Below, piece by piece: positions 61,539-64,000 of a stretch of DNA of 64,000 nucleotides. This DNA comes from an uncultured Verrucomicrobiae bacterium (GTDB lineage: Bacteria > Verrucomicrobiota > Verrucomicrobiia > Chthoniobacterales > JAFAMB01): positions 1,248,001 through 1,312,000 of the forward strand of contig CAWIPH010000002.1 in NCBI GenBank assembly GCA_963837955.1. The letters run 5' to 3'. A program made the position numbers and the translations under genes. A model generated the notes under the pieces. It did no database searches. It saw only the letters and a list, made by a program, of their open reading frames with translations, and was not told the DNA's origin. Within the stretch, counting starts at the first letter, position 1, and the number at the start of each line of letters is the position of its first letter.

Positions 61539-62441
61539 TCAATGGTCGGCGGTCCCCGGCAGCACCGTCTTAAAATAGGCTTGGAGTGCGTCCAGCGTGG
61601 ACGCGTCAAAGGTCGGATGGGGCGGCATCGCCACGTTTGGTTTGAATTTCTGCGGGTTCACGACGTATTGGCGAAAGTAATCTCCGTTGTAAACCGCGTT
61701 GGCCGCCAATACCTGCCATGGTCGCTGAGCCATTTTACCGCCCGCCAGACCGTTGTTGTGACAAGAGACGCAACTGCCGATAGCAATCTTTTGACCCTTG
61801 ACTGCTTCCGGATTGCTCCGATTGGCGGAATCGAATTTTCCGAGTGAAAACGCGTAGCTAGTTAGCTCGACGGAAACAATCCCAAACGGGATACGCGCAG
61901 CTTCCGTGTAGCCGTAAATTACTTCCGATGGTTGAAAGTCTGCGTGGACAACACAGTAAGGACCCATGGCCGAATTGTGTTCGGATTTCGGCCAGTCAGC
62001 GGGGGGCTTCCCGTCGTATTTAAGCAGAAAGATCGGATGATGTTTGTCGTTGTATTCAGGGTCGTAGTACTGCTGATAGCCATCGTAACAATTGGCGCCG
62101 AGTACGGTCTGATCCGATGAGCTTTGCAGCGCCTGAATCAAAGCATTGAGATAGACACCAGTGTAAGTCGCGGGCTGCTTGGTATTAGGATCCTCAGCTG
62201 TCTTTATCGTGACCAGCGGAAGGGTTAGAAGTTGTTCGTACTGGTAGTAAAGTGGAGCTGAAGGTGATCCATCCGGTTTGATACCGATCACTTCCAAATC
62301 CTGTGAACTACTTCGAGTGGGGGATCCCGTGAGGAGGCCGCCGTACGCTGGTAGGAGAGGAACCAGTACGGAGATGATTGCGGCAAAGCAAAAGGGGCGC
62401 ATGCACTTCGGAGCGAAGCAACATTGGTGCCACCTGCTCAT
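61539..62441 (-). CDS. Secreted protein with C-terminal c-type cytochrome domain
   Basis: CVSCH, AMPPH; N-terminal YTGV.L..CYDGY region; start uncertain. Confidence 0.75.
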   Translation of the reverse strand: MSRWHQCCFAPKCMRPFCFAAIISVLVPLLPAYGGLLTGSPTRSSSQDLEVIGIKPDGSPSAPLYYQYEQLLTLPLVTIKTAEDPNTKQPATYTGVYLNALIQALQSSSDQTVLGANCYDGYQQYYDPEYNDKHHPIFLLKYDGKPPADWPKSEHNSAMGPYCVVHADFQPSEVIYGYTEAARIPFGIVSVELTSYAFSLGKFDSANRSNPEAVKGQKIAIGSCVSCHNNGLAGGKMAQRPWQVLAANAVYNGDYFRQYVVNPQKFKPNVAMPPHPTFDASTLDALQAYFKTVLPGTADH

Positions 62442-62483
62442 TGGTCGCCGGTAGGGATGCGCTCCCGCGTCCTAGTCTCATTC

Positions 62484-62692
62484 GGTAGGGCGAAAACCTC
62501 GGCGCGCTGAGATTCGCGCAATCTCACTTATCGTGGCTCGCGCCGGGTTTGAGCCACGCGCGGGATTAATCGCTGATTCGTCTCTAGGGGAGATATCAAC
62601 GCGATAGGAAGATCAGGAAATCGACGCCCTTGGACTCATCACGGACGGCTCAAGCCGATCCCGCTGAGACGGTATCAGGCTTTCGCCCTACC
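62484..62692. repeat. Solo family-A REPIN
   Basis: Same arms as tandem-array units, unrelated internal segments. Confidence 0.92.
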
Positions 62693-62714
62693 AATCACGA
62701 TCACCGATCACCGA

Positions 62715-63536
62715 TCACTCCTCAAGCGTGACACTCAGTCGTTCGATCGCTGCATTGTTAAACTCTTCGCGCAGTTCCGCATGGGAGGTGAAGCGGGAAG
62801 GTTGAACAAATCGTGCAGGAAAATGGATGGTTAGGGGACTCTTCGCGAAAGGATAAGGATTAAGCCGGAAATGGCGTTGACCCAAATGTTCGACATTAAT
62901 TGCTTGGCGGGCGCCGTCTTTCACCGGCAGAGCATGCAAGAGATTCCCCTGAAGCTGGTAATCAACACAGGTCAGCAGCGAAAGATTATCGCAGGCTTGT
63001 AGGAGATGGAAATTATCAACGATCCGCTCCTCGGTTAAATCCTCTGGGGAGTGATCATCGATCTCAGCGAGTTCTTTTTTGGTCGTCGCTTGAAACTCTT
63101 GTTGAGCGCGCAAAAAACTCTCCAACAAAGGTAGTTCATCTGCAGCGATCGTCCGATGGTCAGCTCGATTCTGGAGAAGGTCGTAAGTATGCATCGAGAC
63201 GAGCAACCCCGCGTATAGGTTCTTTGCGGCAACTTTCTTTACAGCTGTTTCCCGCACCGCCAAATAATCTCGCAGATCGATCTCTTCAAACGCTGAATAC
63301 TTACCGACTAATTCGGACGAAAAGGCACTGGGTTTGCCTTGTTTGGTGATTTCCGGACTCGAGTCGCGTTGCTCCCAGCCATCGTCGTGGGTACTGATAC
63401 CCTCCAAGACATCGTCGCGCGGTTCCGGTCGAACAAACAGACTATTGCCCCAATGGATGGCGAACATCCCCGCCAGCCGAGCGTGATCAACGTGGCTAAC
63501 CAACCACCATCCCGTATCGGATTCTAATCGAAGCAT
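62715..63536 (-). CDS. DUF3891-family protein
   Basis: HVDHARLAG..A.HWG, HDDGW, LLVSMH, LLQACDNLSL. Confidence 0.75.
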   Translation of the reverse strand: MLRLESDTGWWLVSHVDHARLAGMFAIHWGNSLFVRPEPRDDVLEGISTHDDGWEQRDSSPEITKQGKPSAFSSELVGKYSAFEEIDLRDYLAVRETAVKKVAAKNLYAGLLVSMHTYDLLQNRADHRTIAADELPLLESFLRAQQEFQATTKKELAEIDDHSPEDLTEERIVDNFHLLQACDNLSLLTCVDYQLQGNLLHALPVKDGARQAINVEHLGQRHFRLNPYPFAKSPLTIHFPARFVQPSRFTSHAELREEFNNAAIERLSVTLEE

Positions 63537-63538
63537 AA

Positions 63539-64000
63539 TTAATCGTTTTCCTGACTCAACGCAGATTCGTGCCAATGATGTAGAAAATACCACTCGAGAA
63601 AACTGACAAAGAAGAAGAAGGCAAACCCCAGAGCGGTGGCGACGAATACAAGCGCGAAAAGATAGTCCGTTTGCAATTGCGAATTAGCATACATGATAGA
63701 GTAGCCGATTCCGCCTTCACCAACTCGACTGGACCCGGCGAAAAGTTCTCCGGTAATGCCGCCGATCACTGCGATACCGCTCGAAATTCGAAGCCCCACG
63801 AAGAGGGAGGGGACAGCATGAGGCAGCCGGAGTTTCCAGAAAGTTTGGGCTCGAGACGCGTTGTGCATCGCGAAAAGACTCACCAAGTTCTTATCCACAC
63901 TAATGAGTCCCTGGGTGGCGTTAGCGATGATTGGGGCCAGGCAGATAATGAATGTGATTAGGCAGACAGAGACGGTGCCGGGTCCAGCCCACATGACGAT
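63539..64000 (-). CDS. NitT/TauT-type ABC transporter permease (5' end outside window)
   Basis: KLRLPHAVPSLFVGLRIS, ITGELFAG, GGIGY. Confidence 0.85.
   Translation of the reverse strand: MVMWAGPGTVSVCLITFIICLAPIIANATQGLISVDKNLVSLFAMHNASRAQTFWKLRLPHAVPSLFVGLRISSGIAVIGGITGELFAGSSRVGEGGIGYSIMYANSQLQTDYLFALVFVATALGFAFFFFVSFLEWYFLHHWHESALSQEND

Overview
64 kb of bacterial chromosome (moderately high GC). Gene content and style (TIR/TolB-like/TPR protein, GS type III, nuoBC separated from the other nuo genes, long-N-terminus lepB) suggest a soil Verrucomicrobiota (Spartobacteria/Chthoniobacterales-like) organism; this is inference. Most genes are housekeeping or metabolic: kynBU, glnA-III, nuoBC, lepAB, gnd-zwf, moeB, ppk2, prfB with its programmed frameshift, a nitrite assimilation operon, glgC, glmS and tRNA-Phe. 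The intergenic DNA is the unusual part. (i) An IS200-like/RAYT TnpA sits in a REP cluster, and at least four other REP/REPIN-like families are scattered through the window. (ii) One family forms a 5-unit ~228-bp tandem array, and its arms keep a fixed GTAG-GGCGAAA...TGAGCC core around interchangeable stems. (iii) Pairs of oppositely oriented 7-9 bp microsatellite arrays recur and enclose a four-helix-bundle gene, a REPIN, or almost nothing. Also noted: a degenerate tRNA-Phe att-like repeat bounding glnA-III plus a kinase-like gene, a Doc toxin with His->Gln in its catalytic motif, two apparent pseudo-enzymes in one operon, a Trm112-PPK2 fusion ORF, and three single-base frameshifts that may be assembly errors. 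No CRISPR, rRNA or prophage was seen.
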